64,000 nt of DNA from Squalus acanthias (taxonomy: Eukaryota): the NCBI GenBank assembly GCA_030390025.1, contig CM059453.1, forward strand, positions 7,874,001 through 7,938,000. The letters run 5' to 3'. Below are positions 37,395 to 50,033 of this stretch, one piece after another (position 1 is the first letter of the stretch; each line of letters opens with the position of its first letter). The position numbers and the translations under genes were made by a program. The notes under the pieces were generated by a model that did not search any database, was not told the DNA's origin, and saw only the letters and a list, made by a program, of their open reading frames with translations.

Positions 37395-37990
37395 AAAACT
37401 GGGCCCTGGAGCTGAACACATCTCCCTAAATGAGTCCCTGAAACCCAACTGGGCCCTGGATCTGTACAGACAATTCTAATCTAGACAGTCAAACCAACCG
37501 GGCGCCTGGAGTGAACACACATTCAATAAACTAGTCAAAAAAGAAACAAAAAAAAAAGTAATTTCAGTCCTCAATCTGAACACACATCCCTAAATGTGTC
37601 CAGAAAACCCAACTGGTCTCTGGGCATGAACATATATTTTTATACTGGTCACAAAAGCCAAGCTGTGACCTGGGTCTGGACACACATCCCTAAACTAGTC
37701 AGTAAAGCCAAGCTGAGACCTGGGTCTGAACACACATCCCTAAACTAGTCAGTAAAACCAAGCTGAGACCTTGGTCTTAACATACACCCCTAAACTAGTC
37801 AGTTAAACCAAACTGGGCCCGCAAACTGGATAGAAAAACAAACAAACTGTGCCCTGGTTCTGAACCCAAGCCCACCAACACACACACAATGCAACGGGTG
37901 TCCCCACTTATGATTTGATCATCTTATTTGTTTAACAAGAAAAACTGGGCCCTGGAACTGAACTCACATCCCTAAACTAGCCTGTACATC
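37395..37990. repeat. 50-bp minisatellite, expanded and degenerate
   Basis: Same unit; period 50 (37704 and 37754). Confidence 0.85.
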
Positions 37991-39666
37991 CAAAGTGTGA
38001 CATGGTTCTTAGCACACATTCCCTGTCTCCCACTTTCTCTGTCATATTCTCTCTCTCAGGCTTTCTCTCTCTCACTCTTTATTCTGTAGAAAACCTAATA
38101 GATACCATGAAAATTTGATCTTAAGAAGCTGAGATTCTTGAAGTAAATAGTGGCCTAATATTTATGTTATTAAATAGAGGGCAAGAAATCTATTTAATAG
38201 TTACAGCAACAGGTGGTACTAGGAAGTTACCAGGTGCAGGAAGTACTGTGAGAGTAATTAAGTGGGGTAGAATTTGATATTGTCAGTGGCATAAAGAAAT
38301 TAAGGGAACTGCTTACCTCAACAACAGGGTCGTGCTTAAGAAAACCAGCAAAAAGCACATAGCATACCTTCAAGGAGATAATAAAGTTAAATACATAACA
38401 AGAAATAGAAAATGCAAACTAATAATACAGTGTGAATGAAATCATTGCAATGTGGAATATCTTAGGTGTTGTTGGATGTAGGTTTGGGCGGAGAGGTGGG
38501 GGTGGAGATTATTCCCGAGACAGCAGAAAAATAAGCAATTTGCTCAGGAAACTGTAACGGATTTCATATTTAGAACTGTGCAAATGGAAAAGAGTGAGTT
38601 GTTCAAACTGCACGAGGCTCATCCGAGGTGCTTTACTGAGATCTATAAGGTAATGTAGCGATTGATCACTGACCCCTTCATGGTAGCAGTGATACGGTCC
38701 TCTTATCTTCCAACTAATCTGAACTGATTCTGCTTCTTAATCAGGTGCGAAATGCGCACAGTTTGAAGCTGGACTGTGTTCGAATGAGATGCCCGTTTGG
38801 ATCCAGGATTTGATCCCACTGATCAATTTGCAGAGTTTTTTTCCTGTAGATAAAAATATCCACGTTATTTCCAGCAGCATTGACCCTCCAATCTAAATGC
38901 TCACGTCAAACCTCACAGTTCTAGCACTAAAATCAGAATCTTCATAAACCCGTCATTGTAGCAACTCGGATCTCAATGAGTTAATTTCAGCAGATTTCAT
39001 CTCGCTGCAGTGTCAGTATAAACAGCTGAAGTCACTTCTATAAATGGCACTTTACCCACTGGAAACTTTTTACTGATACACTTCTTTGTATCTTTTGGCA
39101 TTTCAGATACGTGTTGTGTCCCCGAACTACTGAAGGTGATCAACCCACACGTCTGTAGACAACGGCTACAGGAATAACCACAGCTTCACACTTCAAACAC
39201 TCACAGTGCAAGGGCTGATAAATAGCTCAGTGTGTGGGAGTTGTGAGTCGGGGCTTCTAAAGCTGGTGGAGAGGCGATTTTAGATTTTGCAATCTAAAGT
39301 GTCACCGCCTGTCCTGTAACTGTACAGATGATGAGGGGTTCATCTCTGCTCAGGGTTAATCAGCAGTAACCGGGCCTCATCATATCGTGTAACTGAGGGC
39401 CAATCACTGATGCACACTGTCATATTCGAAGTGGCCCCAGATTTCCAGCAGTTTTGATCATCAACATTTGAGGAGTGGCGAAAGCTGTGTGAGCTACCGT
39501 GGCTCTCAATGATTGGTGGGTGGCGAACAGCTGACGCCCTAATACTCTGATTCGATTCGCTATGGACTCCAGTCTATTACCGGCGAATGGAATCTAGAAA
39601 CTTGATTAATTATATCTGAGATAAAAACAATTTCTGCCATTTTGACATCGTCAACCGCCTCCAGTC

Positions 39667-39709
39667 ATGAAGAGTATTACATTGATCTCCATTCTGATAT
39701 TTAGCGAAG
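39667..39709 (+). CDS. Siglec-like gene C, signal-peptide exon (MKSITLISILIFSE)
   Basis: gtcATG...G|gtaaaa, phase 1; paralog of 23363-23405. Confidence 0.82.
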
Positions 39710-40103
39710 GTAAAATATTCATTTTAATAATTAATGTCAGAAGCGATTTCCATTCTGTGGCAAATTAATACGTTTATTGTTTGTGGAGATAGTACATGTT
39801 TAGTTGATAATGTGCAAATTCCCGATTTGCGCATTTAATGTATATTTCATTCGAAAAATTATCTTATATTTTATAAGATTGATTTAATATTTACTCTCTG
39901 ATTTATCGACTTTCAATGGAATACTTAATGGAATATGAAGAGTTTTAATGAAACTTTCTCGAGTTTTAATGGATGTATTATTGAATATGTTAGTGGATGT
40001 TTAAAGATTAAATGAATAGTATTCAACTTGACGGTCAGGGTATGTTTTAATTGCGATATTATTGCGGATTTCAATGGGTGTTTAATTTCTGTTTTTTCAC
40101 CAG

Positions 40104-40484
40104 TTGTCCATAGTTCACGATGGTCTGTGAAGGTGCCGTGGAAGGTGTCGGCGGTGAGCGGATCATGTGCTGAGATCCCGTGTACATTTGATTATCCCGC
40201 CTCTGGCCGCAATCCAGGGTGTATGTGGTTAAAGGGGGGTCCTAAACCTGGTACCTCAGGGGTCTCGATTGTCTATGATTCCAGTGATGCAAACAATAAA
40301 GACTATAACGATAGAGGACGAATTGAATTCACCGGCGATTTTCTAAAGAAACAATGTTCCTTACAGATTAATGTCACCAGGAAGAGCGATGCAGGTGACT
40401 ATTACTTCAGAGTGAAGATCACCACCGCCTGGAATATAACAGATCAATACGTTTCCAAATCTCCTGTCTCTCTTTCTATTTTAG
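40104..40484 (+). CDS. Gene C V-set Ig exon, intact, with essential Arg (DAGDYYFRV)
   Basis: Open 381-nt exon, ccag|...|gtaagt; Siglec-type Cys pattern (GSCAEIPC, CSL) and F-strand Arg at 40409-40411. Confidence 0.92.
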
Positions 40485-41288
40485 GTAAGTGTTTTTATTT
40501 GCTCCTGTTGTATTTTATATTCCATCTCCTCAGTGCCATTGAACTTACGACTAACATACCAATATCCCGAGTAATTGTTGGCCCATGTCACATGATACAG
40601 CGGCAGGACTGCTCCGCTGACTCTCACCCAGGTGTGTGTTATGTTTTGACTTGAACTGTAATAGGGCGCAGGCCTTCTTAATAACTTACAGAAGCTCCCT
40701 GGCAAGGCAAGAAGAATACTTTATCATACGAATATATTAAACTGCAGGTGGAGGAAATATACAGGTAGATGTGAAATTCTATGCAAAGGAAGCAGGTGGA
40801 CCATTTCTGTAAATAGACTGCTTGATGTGGTGCCGAAGCGTTACGCCAACAGTGTCCCAGATTCTATCCCATGTCTGTGCTTGGGATAGAATCAAGGACA
40901 CGCTTAGTCTAATGACTCAGTGTCAGATCAAACAATTAATTTACCCAAAGCGGCATGGACGGGTTGAATTGTTGCTGATATTTGAAAGTTTCATTTTGCA
41001 TTTTGAGCAATGCAGTGAGTGCGTGGTCAATAAATCACCTGACAATAATGTGAATTATTCACGTGATAAAGCGACTGACTATTAATTATACGAGTACATA
41101 AATGCTCCGATTGATTCTTTAACTCTAAGAACTTTTAGCATATTTCGATGCACCATAGCGCGGGAAAAAAACAGTAGATGAATTCTTAAGGGGATATTTT
41201 CTCAGACTTTGGGCTGAATCACCTTGCACACCATTGGCCATTTTAAAATTGAAATCTACTGTAACGCGAATGTCCTTCTCTCCTTATT

Positions 41289-41349
41289 ATAAACCACGGA
41301 TATCAGTCTCTGGGGAATTGATTGCTAGAAAACCAGTACACCTGACCTG
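41289..41349 (+). pseudogene. Truncated 5' remnant of gene C domain-2 exon
   Basis: KPRISVSGELIARKPVHLT then an abrupt switch to CR1; AG acceptor absent. Confidence 0.85.
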
Positions 41350-41350
41350 T

Positions 41351-41805
41351 AGGCGGTTCACTAGATTTATTTCAGGGATGAGAGGGCTGTCCTATGATGA
41401 TAGGTTCTGAAGAATGGGCCTATAATCTCTGCGTTTAGAAGAATGCGAGGTGATCTCATTGAAACATGCAAAATCTGAAGGGGATTGACAGGGTAGATGC
41501 TGAGAGGTTGTTTCCCCTGGCTGGATTGCCTAGAATTAGGGGGCATAGTCTCAGGATAAGGGGTAGGCCATATAAGTTGAAGATGAGCAGGAATTCTTCA
41601 CTCAGAGGGTTGTGAATCTTTGGAATTCTCTGCTCTAGACTGCTGTGAATGCTGAGTTTCAAGGCTGAGGTGAATCAAGGGATATGGAGATCGGGTGGGA
41701 AAGTGGAGTTGAGGTCGATGATCAGCCATGATCTTACTGAATGGCGGAGCAGGCTCGAGGGGCCATATGGCCTACCCCTGCTCTTACTTTTTATATTCTT
41801 ATGTT
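41351..41805 (+). mobile_element. CR1 3' part at the inversion breakpoint
   Basis: Starts mid-RT (cggttcactaga) and ends in a tail. Confidence 0.85.
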
Positions 41806-43107
41806 ATTAAATGTAATTATCAGTGCGGATGAGGAATATAAAATAATAGATGTGACAACTAAAGAAGAATATTGAAGTAAGATATAGTGGCTATCTTGCA
41901 ATCTATTAATTCAAAATCCATTTCCTGATTTTTATGCCCTCGATCTTACGCTTATGTCAAACATACGCATTCCTTCTCCTCTTCTCTTCAACGATTTGAA
42001 GATGGATATGTTTTCCCGCATAATGTTCTATTCCACCGGTACATCAACCTCGTGGCAATTCCTACCAGATTAAGTACGGTGGACTTTCCCATGTCTTACA
42101 CAGGGGTGCTGAGGCTAATTATAGAATCCAGACTAACGCCCCAGCTAAATTGTGCCACAGGTTAGCAAGGCCATGAAAAAAAACAAGCACTGGAGTTTAT
42201 TTCGAGAGGGATAGAATTGAAAGGTATGGAGGTTATGCTAAACCTGTATCGAACATTGGTTAGGCCACACTTGGAGTACTGCATACAGTTCTGGTCACCA
42301 TATTATAAAAAGGATATCGAGGCACTGGCGAGGGTGCAGAGATTTACAAGGATGATACCAGAAATGCGAGGGTATACATATCAGGTAAGGATGAACAGGC
42401 TGGGTCTCTTTTCTCTTGAAAAAAGAATGCTGAAGGGTGACCTAATAGTGGGCTTTAAAATTGTGGCAGGCTTTGATAGAGTCGATGCAGAGAGAATGTT
42501 CCCACTTGTGGGGAAGAGCATAAATGGTGGTTATCAATATAAGATAGTCACCAAGAATTCCAATTGGGAATTCAGAAGAAATTTTTTACCCAGAGTGAGG
42601 TGAGAATGTGGAACTCGCTACCACAGGGAGTGGTTGAAGCGAATAGTAAAGATGCATTTAAGGGGTGGCTGGACAAGCATATGAGGGAGAAGGGAATAGA
42701 GGGTTACGCTGATAGAATTTGATTAGGAAAGATAGGAGGAGGCTCGAGTGGAACATAAACGCCGGCATGGACTGGTTGGGCCCAATGATTTGTTTCTGTG
42801 CCGTATGTCCTATATATGTATGTGAGTTAGCTCAGACCATGAATGGACTCTCCCTGGCCTGTATGTTCCAGTTACTCTGTGGCTGAAACGACATCAAACA
42901 TTGGGAGCCTTTGCAATAAAATTTCAGGTAAACCCTGGAGCGACCAATATTACTCATGGGTCTGGGGTAAATGTCAAATAATGTGACTTACATGAAGCTT
43001 CGATTACTTGTTTATCCAGGCGCGCTATCACTATATTCAATATAAAGACATCTATTGAACCGGTTTATCAACAAGTTGGTTGAATGAAGCTTAGAGTAGG
43101 CACTTAC

Positions 43108-43419
43108 ATTTAATATCCGGTGTAAGAGTTGCTTGAACGGTAGCTGTGACACCGTCGGCTATAGGTTTACATCCCAGTTTCTTCCCATGATGGTCCGGTG
43201 ATGGGCTGAAGTTAAAAGTGGATGAAACCTTCTGGGAACCCTCGACCTTGTCGCCATTTCCTTTTGAAGTTTTACTCTCTGGCAGAAAAGGAGGGACAAC
43301 ATAGTCATGAGTCCACATCAGTTCAAGGTTGGTGGACGGGCAACTGTGGGTGACTGAGCAGGTCAGGTGTACTGGTTTTCTAGCAATCAATTCCCCAGAG
43401 ACTGATATCCGTGGTTTAT
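43108..43419 (-). pseudogene. Gene C domain-2 exon, full length but inverted, acceptor lost
   Basis: 312 nt like 25692-26003; ORF 43091..43474(-) KPRISVSGE...CSVTHSCP...DHHGKKLGC. Confidence 0.9.
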
Positions 43420-43734
43420 AATAAGGAGAGAAGGACATTCGCGTTACAGTAGATTTCAATTTTAAAATGGCCAATGGTGTGCAAGGTGATTCAGCCCAAA
43501 GTCTGAGAAAATATCCCCTTAAGAATACATTCTACTGTTTTTTTCTCGCGCTATGGTGCATCGAAATATGCTAAAAGTTCTTAGAGTTAAAGAATCAATC
43601 GGAGCATTTATGTACTCGTATAATTAATAGTCAGTCGCTTTATCACGTGAATAATTCACATTATTGTCAGGTGATTTATTGACCACGCACTCACTGCATT
43701 GCTCAAAATGCAAAATAAAACTTTCAAATATCAA

Positions 43735-44510
43735 TTTGTTGCACCGCCTCCAAGGCAAGTATATCCTTCCTTATTTAAGGAGAACAAAACTGTGCACAGT
43801 ACTCCAGGTGTGGTCTCACCAAAGCCCTGTACAATTGTAGCAAGACTTCCTTACTCTTATACTCCAACCCCCTTGCAATAAAGTCCAACAAGCCATTTGC
43901 CTTCCTTATTGTTTGCTGTACCTGCATGCTAGCTTTCTGTGTTTCTTGCACGAGGCCACCAAAATATCTCTGAACACCAACATTTGAAATGTTCTCATCA
44001 GTTAAAATATATTCTGCTTTTCTATTCTTCCTAGCAAAGTGAATAACCTCACATTTCCCTACATTATACTCCATCTGCCACCTTACTGCCCACACACTTA
44101 GTCTATCTATATCTCTTTGCAGACTCTTTGTGTTCTCCTCACAGCTTACTGTCCCAACTAGCTTTGTATCATCAGCAAACTTGGATACATTACACTCGGA
44201 CCCTTCATCTTGGTCATTAATATAGATTGTAAATAGCTGAGACCCCAACACTGATCCTTGTGGCCCCACACTAGTTACAGCCTGCCAACCTGAAAAAGAT
44301 CCGTTTATCCCTACTCTCTGTTTTCTGTTCGTTTACCACTCCTCTATCCATGCTATTATATTACCCCCAATCCCGTGAGCCCTAATCTTGTGTAATAACC
44401 TTTTATGTGGCACCTTATCGAATGCCTTTTGGAAATCCAAATATACTACATCCACTGCTTCCCCTTATCTATCCTGCTAGTTACATCCTCAAAAAACTCG
44501 AATAAATTTG
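43735..44510 (-). mobile_element. CR1 RT part at the other inversion breakpoint
   Basis: PQGSVLG, KFADD; ends at ..ALEAVQ. Confidence 0.88.
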
Positions 44511-44542
44511 TCATTCAGAACCAATGACCTCATCTCTTGCAG

Positions 44543-44800
44543 ATGCCCCACAAAAACCGTTCATCAATTCCTCTATAGCGGCAGTGGAAGGGAGTTTGTT
44601 ATGGTTATACTGCACGACCCGGGGGATCATACCGGGCAACTTAACGTTGGTCCGAAATGGTGAAGAGATCAGCACGTCTTCCACAGGTGAACTGAAGCAC
44701 ATATTCCATAACATTAGTTCTGAAGAAAACGGTGAATATTGGTGCGTGGCTGACAATAACTTGGGCAAAGCGAACAGCTCCACACAGATTTCTGTACAAT
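44543..44800 (+). CDS. Gene C Ig domain 3 exon
   Basis: ttgcag|...|gtaagt; 258 nt, open; paralog of 27332-27589. Confidence 0.9.
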
Positions 44801-45262
44801 GTAAGTGCTGTGTCAACCTATCAAATGTATATTGGGACATTAATCCGTCTTACAGTGATTAGGCATCGGTGTTGTTTTCCCCCAGTGTTCAAATAACTGT
44901 CTCAAAATCCGTCAGTTAGATTGTCAGAATAGTCAGTAAAAGAAGGAGAGTTGAACCCAATTCTTGGAGTAAACGACATTGTTAAAAAAAGCAACTGGAG
45001 ACCCCAATACACAACACAAGTTCAATGTTTCTCTGATTGGCTAAAACCAACTGAATGATTAATTGGGAAGATTTTCTGCTCGGCGGACTGAACCCAATGG
45101 CCAGGATGTATCGGAACATTTTAGTCCATCACAAAGGTAGAAATTTATAATGTTAACTAAAGACAAAAACTGAGCAGAAGCTATTGAGCTGTTTACCTGA
45201 AATGGCATGTTGAAGGAGTTAGTCGGGTTTATTTCTAAGATTGTAACTCGGGAGGCCTCACA

Positions 45263-47980
45263 ACATAGAAACATAAGAATTAGCATCAGGAGTTGGCAAT
45301 TCGGCTCCACGAGCCTGCTCCGACATTCAATAAGATCATGGCTGATTTTCGAAATCAACTCCACTTTCCTGCACTATCCCCATATCGCCAGATTACCCTC
45401 GAGTCCAAAAATCTAAGAGGTCTCACCTTTAAAATACTCAACGATTCAGCATCCACAGCCATCTGGGGTAGAGAATTCCAAAAATTCACAATCCTCTGAA
45501 TGAAGAAGTTCCTCCTCATCTCAGTCTTAAATGGCTTCCACTTATCCTGAGACTGTGCCCCCTGGTTCTAGACTCCCCAGCCAGGATAAGCATACTCTCA
45601 GCATCTAACCTGTCAATCCCCCTCAGAATAACTTGTTTCAATGCGATCACCTCACATTCTTCTAATACTCCAGCTCGTATAGGCTCATTCTACTCAATCT
45701 CTCCTCAAAGGACAACCGTCTCATCCCACATGTTGTTCCAGGAAATATAGCGATCAATTGACTGCTTGACGCAATGTTAAACCTGATTTATTGCCTTGCC
45801 AGAGACTAGGGGAAAAGAAAGTCTGATGAAGCCTTAAATGAATGTAACATTTAATGGTTCTGATCGAGCTCGTTATGCGCAGTGACCTCTCTTCTTAATC
45901 TAAACGCCGAAATTGGTTCTACTTTGGCGCTGCAAACTGCTGTATGGAAACTATCTCAATTTGACTTCACTTTTTTTAGATAAACCCAAAATAGTATCAG
46001 GCCCGACCTGCACCAGCTCTGAGAGTGGGATTCATTGTAACTGCAGTGTCGGAGCCAAGCCCCCAGCAAACATCACCTGGGGCATCAATGGAATAAACAT
46101 CACCGCGAACAGTTCAGATATCCAAATCTTCTCCTTGGAGTTGAATAGTCACCTGGTGCAGAGCTCCCTGACACTGACTCACCCAAATGGAACTGGACAC
46201 CGGATCTCATGTTTTGGAGTAAACGAGCATGGCGTTACTGTCGGCAAATACCAGCTCCAATCTGGAGGTAAATACTAAATTTTCCTGTAATATAAGTACT
46301 GCGAACGGTTTGGTCCATCACCTGTCAGTGACTAACTGAACGGTGTTAATGTGAACAAATAACAGTTCCATTCGACAGCTGCATGCCAAATCCAAGTACT
46401 TTAAGTCTGATCCATTGGATATTTGAAGCATTGTATGGTCTGGCCAAAAACTCATTGAATGTTGCGATGGGAATATTGAATGCATTTTAAATCTGTCTCT
46501 CATTTCCGGGTGTGTTTCTTGTCGCCTTGTTTTTCTCACGATTGTAAGGGATTAAAATATAACATTAGAAGTAGCGCGCAATCGTTAATACAACAGAACC
46601 TTCTGAATCAATTTAGCCCTTTGCGAATTCAGGTGTCCTCTCACTCTAACGGAAGCCGGCAGCAGTCTATCATTTAATTGAACATTTGCACAATTTTAGT
46701 ATCGATTTCTGATGTAGGATACACTTGTCTTAGAGGCGGTTCACTAGATTGATTCCTGAGATGAGAGGGCTGTCCTATGAGGAGAGTTTGAGTAGATTGG
46801 CCCTACACTCTCAGAAGATTAGAAGAATGAGAGGTGATCTCATTGACACATATAAGGTTCGGAGGCGATTGACAGGGTAGTTGCTGAGAGGTTGCTTCCC
46901 CTGGCTTGAGAGTCCAGAACTAGCGTGCATAGTCTCAGGATAAAGCGTGAGCCACTTAAGACTGAGATGAGGAGGAATTTCTTCACTCAGAGGGTTGTGA
47001 ATCTTTGGAATTCTCTACCCCAGACGGTTGTGGATGCTGACTCGTTGAGTATATTCAAGGCTGGGATCGATAGATTTTTGGACTGCAGATAAATTAAGGG
47101 ATATGGAGTTTGGGGAGGGAGTGGAGCTGCGATCGAAAGTCAGCCATGATCTTATTGAATGGCGGAGCAGGTTGGAGGGGCCGTAGCAGCGATTCCAGCT
47201 ACTAATTCATATGTTATTTTGTTCTCATGAACTTGCTAGTTTTGAATATTTAAACCAATGTGTCCAGCTCGCTCAATAAAACACATTTTGGAGCTATTTC
47301 AGATTGCCCCTGGATTGTTGTCATGGAGATATTATGAGAAGATACCATGAGATAATCCTGAAAATTGAGCGAGAATATTTGGGATAATTGAAAGAGCAGG
47401 AACTAGATTGATTTGAAGTATTGGATAGCAGGCGAACAGAACCGATTGTGCAGCGAGGATATAGGCAGGCTGCCGGGGTTATACCTGGAAACATATATTT
47501 AGTCAAATCATTAATCACATGTTTTCAAGGTTGATGGCCCCATGTAATTCAAACATCGTATGGTATGAAGAGTAGTCGCGAGTCCCTTAAGGCCCAATTT
47601 TGCAAAACAACTCAGTTAGAATCATAGAGATTTACGGCACAGAAGGAAACCATTCGGCCAATCGTGTCTGTGGCAGCCGAAAAAGAGCTATCCAGCCCAA
47701 TCCCACTTTCCAGTTCTTGCTCCGTAGCTTTGTAGGTTACGGTGCATCAAGTGCATATCCAAGTACTTTTTAAATGCAATTAGGGTTTTTGCCAATATCA
47801 CTCTTTCAGGCAGTGAGTTCCATTCCCCCAGAACCCTCTGGGTGAAATAGGTTCCACTCAAATCCCCTCTAATCCTTCCACCAATTACTTTAAATCTGTG
47901 CCCCCTGGATATTGACATCTCACCTAAGGGAAATAGGTCAATCCTATCCACTCTTTCTACGATTCACATAATTTTATACA
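45263..47980. mobile_element. Three CR1 3' fragments (45263-45728 -, 46715-47225 +, 47618-47980 -)
   Basis: TQRV..WNSLP-type ends and tails. Confidence 0.8.
45980..46267 (+). CDS. Gene C Ig domain 4 exon
   Basis: ttttag|...|gtaaat; 288 nt, open; paralog of 31912-32199. Confidence 0.88.
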
Positions 47981-48084
47981 CGAAAAATTTGCATTAAATG
48001 AATCAACATGTGTTAACTATTCTGAGATGTGTACCGGGTATTGTTTATTTACATTTTCTTATTTTGATTTCTTATGAACTTGAC

Positions 48085-49552
48085 ATAGGGGAGGTACCAG
48101 AGGACTGGAGGACAGCTAACGTAGTACCATTATTCAAGAAGGGTAGTAGGGATAAACCAGGGAATTTACAGGCCAGTGAGCCTAGCATCAGTGGTAGGGA
48201 AATTATTGGAAAAAATTCTGAGGGACAGAATTAGTCTAGACTTGGAGAGGCAAGGATTAATCCAGGATAGTCAGCATGGCCCTTTCAGGGGCAGATCATG
48301 TCTAACCAATTTGATTGAATTTTTCGAGGGGGTGACTCGGTGTGTGGATGAGGGTAGTGCAATTGATGTAGTCTATATGGACTTCAGTAAGGCTTTTGAC
48401 AAAGTCCCACAGGGGAGACTGGTCAAGAAGGTAAGAGCCCATGGGATCCTGGGCAATTTGGCACATTGGATCCAAAATTGGCGCCGTGGCAGGAGGCAGA
48501 GTGTGATGGTCGAAGTTGTTTTTGTGACTGGAAGCCAGCGTCCAGTGGTGTACCGCAGGGATCGGTGCTGGGTCCCTTACTGTTTGTTGTGTACCTTAAT
48601 GATTTAGATATCAATGTAGGAGGTATGATCAGTAATTTCACAGACGACACGCAAATTGGTGGAGTGGTAAATAGCGAGGAGGGAAGCCAAAGACTACAGG
48701 ACGATATAGATGGGTTCGTTAGATGGTCAGAACAGTGGCAAATGGAATTTAACCCTGAAAAGTGTGAGGTGATGCATTTTGCGAGGACTAACAAGGCAAG
48801 GGAATACACAATGAATGGTAGGACCCTAGGAAGGACAGATGATCAGAGGGAACTTTGTGTGCTTGTACAAAGATGCCTGAAGGCAGCAGGACAGTTAGAT
48901 AAGATGGTTAAGAATGCATACGGGATACTTTTCTTCATTAGCCGAGCCATAGAATATAAGAGCAGTGAAGATTTGATGGAGCTGTACAAAACGCTAGTTC
49001 GGCCACAGCTGGAATACTGTATGCAGTTCTGGTCGCCACACTATAGGAAGGATGAGACTGCATCAGAGAGGGTGCAGTGGAGATTCACCAGAATGTTACC
49101 TGGGCTGGAGCGTTTCAGCTATGAAGAGAGGCTGGACAGGCTGGGGTTGTTTTCCTTACAGCAGAGAAGGCTGAGGGGGGACCTGATTGAGGTGTACAAA
49201 TTTATCAGGTGCATAGATAGCGTAGATAGAAAGGAAGTTGTCCCCTTAGTATAGGGGTCAATAACCAGGGGGCATAGTTTCAAGGTGAGGGGCAGGAGGT
49301 TTAGAGGGGATTTGAGGAAAAACTTTTCCACCCAGAGGGTGGTTGGAATCTGGAACTCACTGCCTGAAAGGTTGGTAGAGTCAGGAACCCTCACAACATT
49401 CAAGAAGCATTTAGATGAGCACTTGAAACGCCATAGCATACAAGGCTACGGACCAAGTGCTGGAAAATGGGAATGGAATAAAAGGGCTTGATGGCCGGCG
49501 CGGACACGATGGGCCGAAGGGCCTTTTTCTGTACTGTATAACTCTATGACTA
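48085..49552 (+). mobile_element. CR1 RT-to-3'-end fragment
   Basis: ORFs 48176..48607 and 48466..49254. Confidence 0.92.
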
Positions 49553-49948
49553 GATGAATATGACTCTATATAGGACAGCAATCGTAATACAATTATTTCA
49601 AATTTACACAGGGGTCAAAACCATTGCTGAAATTCAGTGTCAGTCTGTGGAAGGAGAAATCAGTTCAAATGATGCCCTCTCTGTGTTCAGTGCACATTTC
49701 ACAAAAAATCTATACAATAAAATAAGGATTTGTAGGGAGATTAGATTTGGGGTCATTTCCAAGTCGTCCATCTTCTGATTGCTGGGTCAGAGTCTTGTCT
49801 GTTTAGGAATGGATAAAAATACTGAACTCTTACGTTTAAGATGAGAATTTCTAGTAAACTTGCCTGCACAAGCTGACAAAAGTTATCCTAAAAGAAGGAT
49901 GTAATCTTAGAGCAATAATAAACAGCAACGTTTTTTTGAATATTTTAG

Positions 49949-50033
49949 CAACATTTCCCTGGGAAATTGTCATCCCAGTACTAGCAGCCGCCGGAGTTAT
50001 ACTGCTGATCCTGATCCTGGTGATGGTGCACAG
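49949..50033 (+). CDS. Gene C transmembrane exon (ATFPWEIVIPVLAAAGVILLILILVMVHR)
   Basis: Canonical splice sites; 5 of 85 nt differ from gene A. Confidence 0.88.

Noticed and set aside
37650-37810. Regularly spaced repeats resembling a CRISPR array
   Set aside because: Head-to-tail units without unique spacers, in a eukaryotic context
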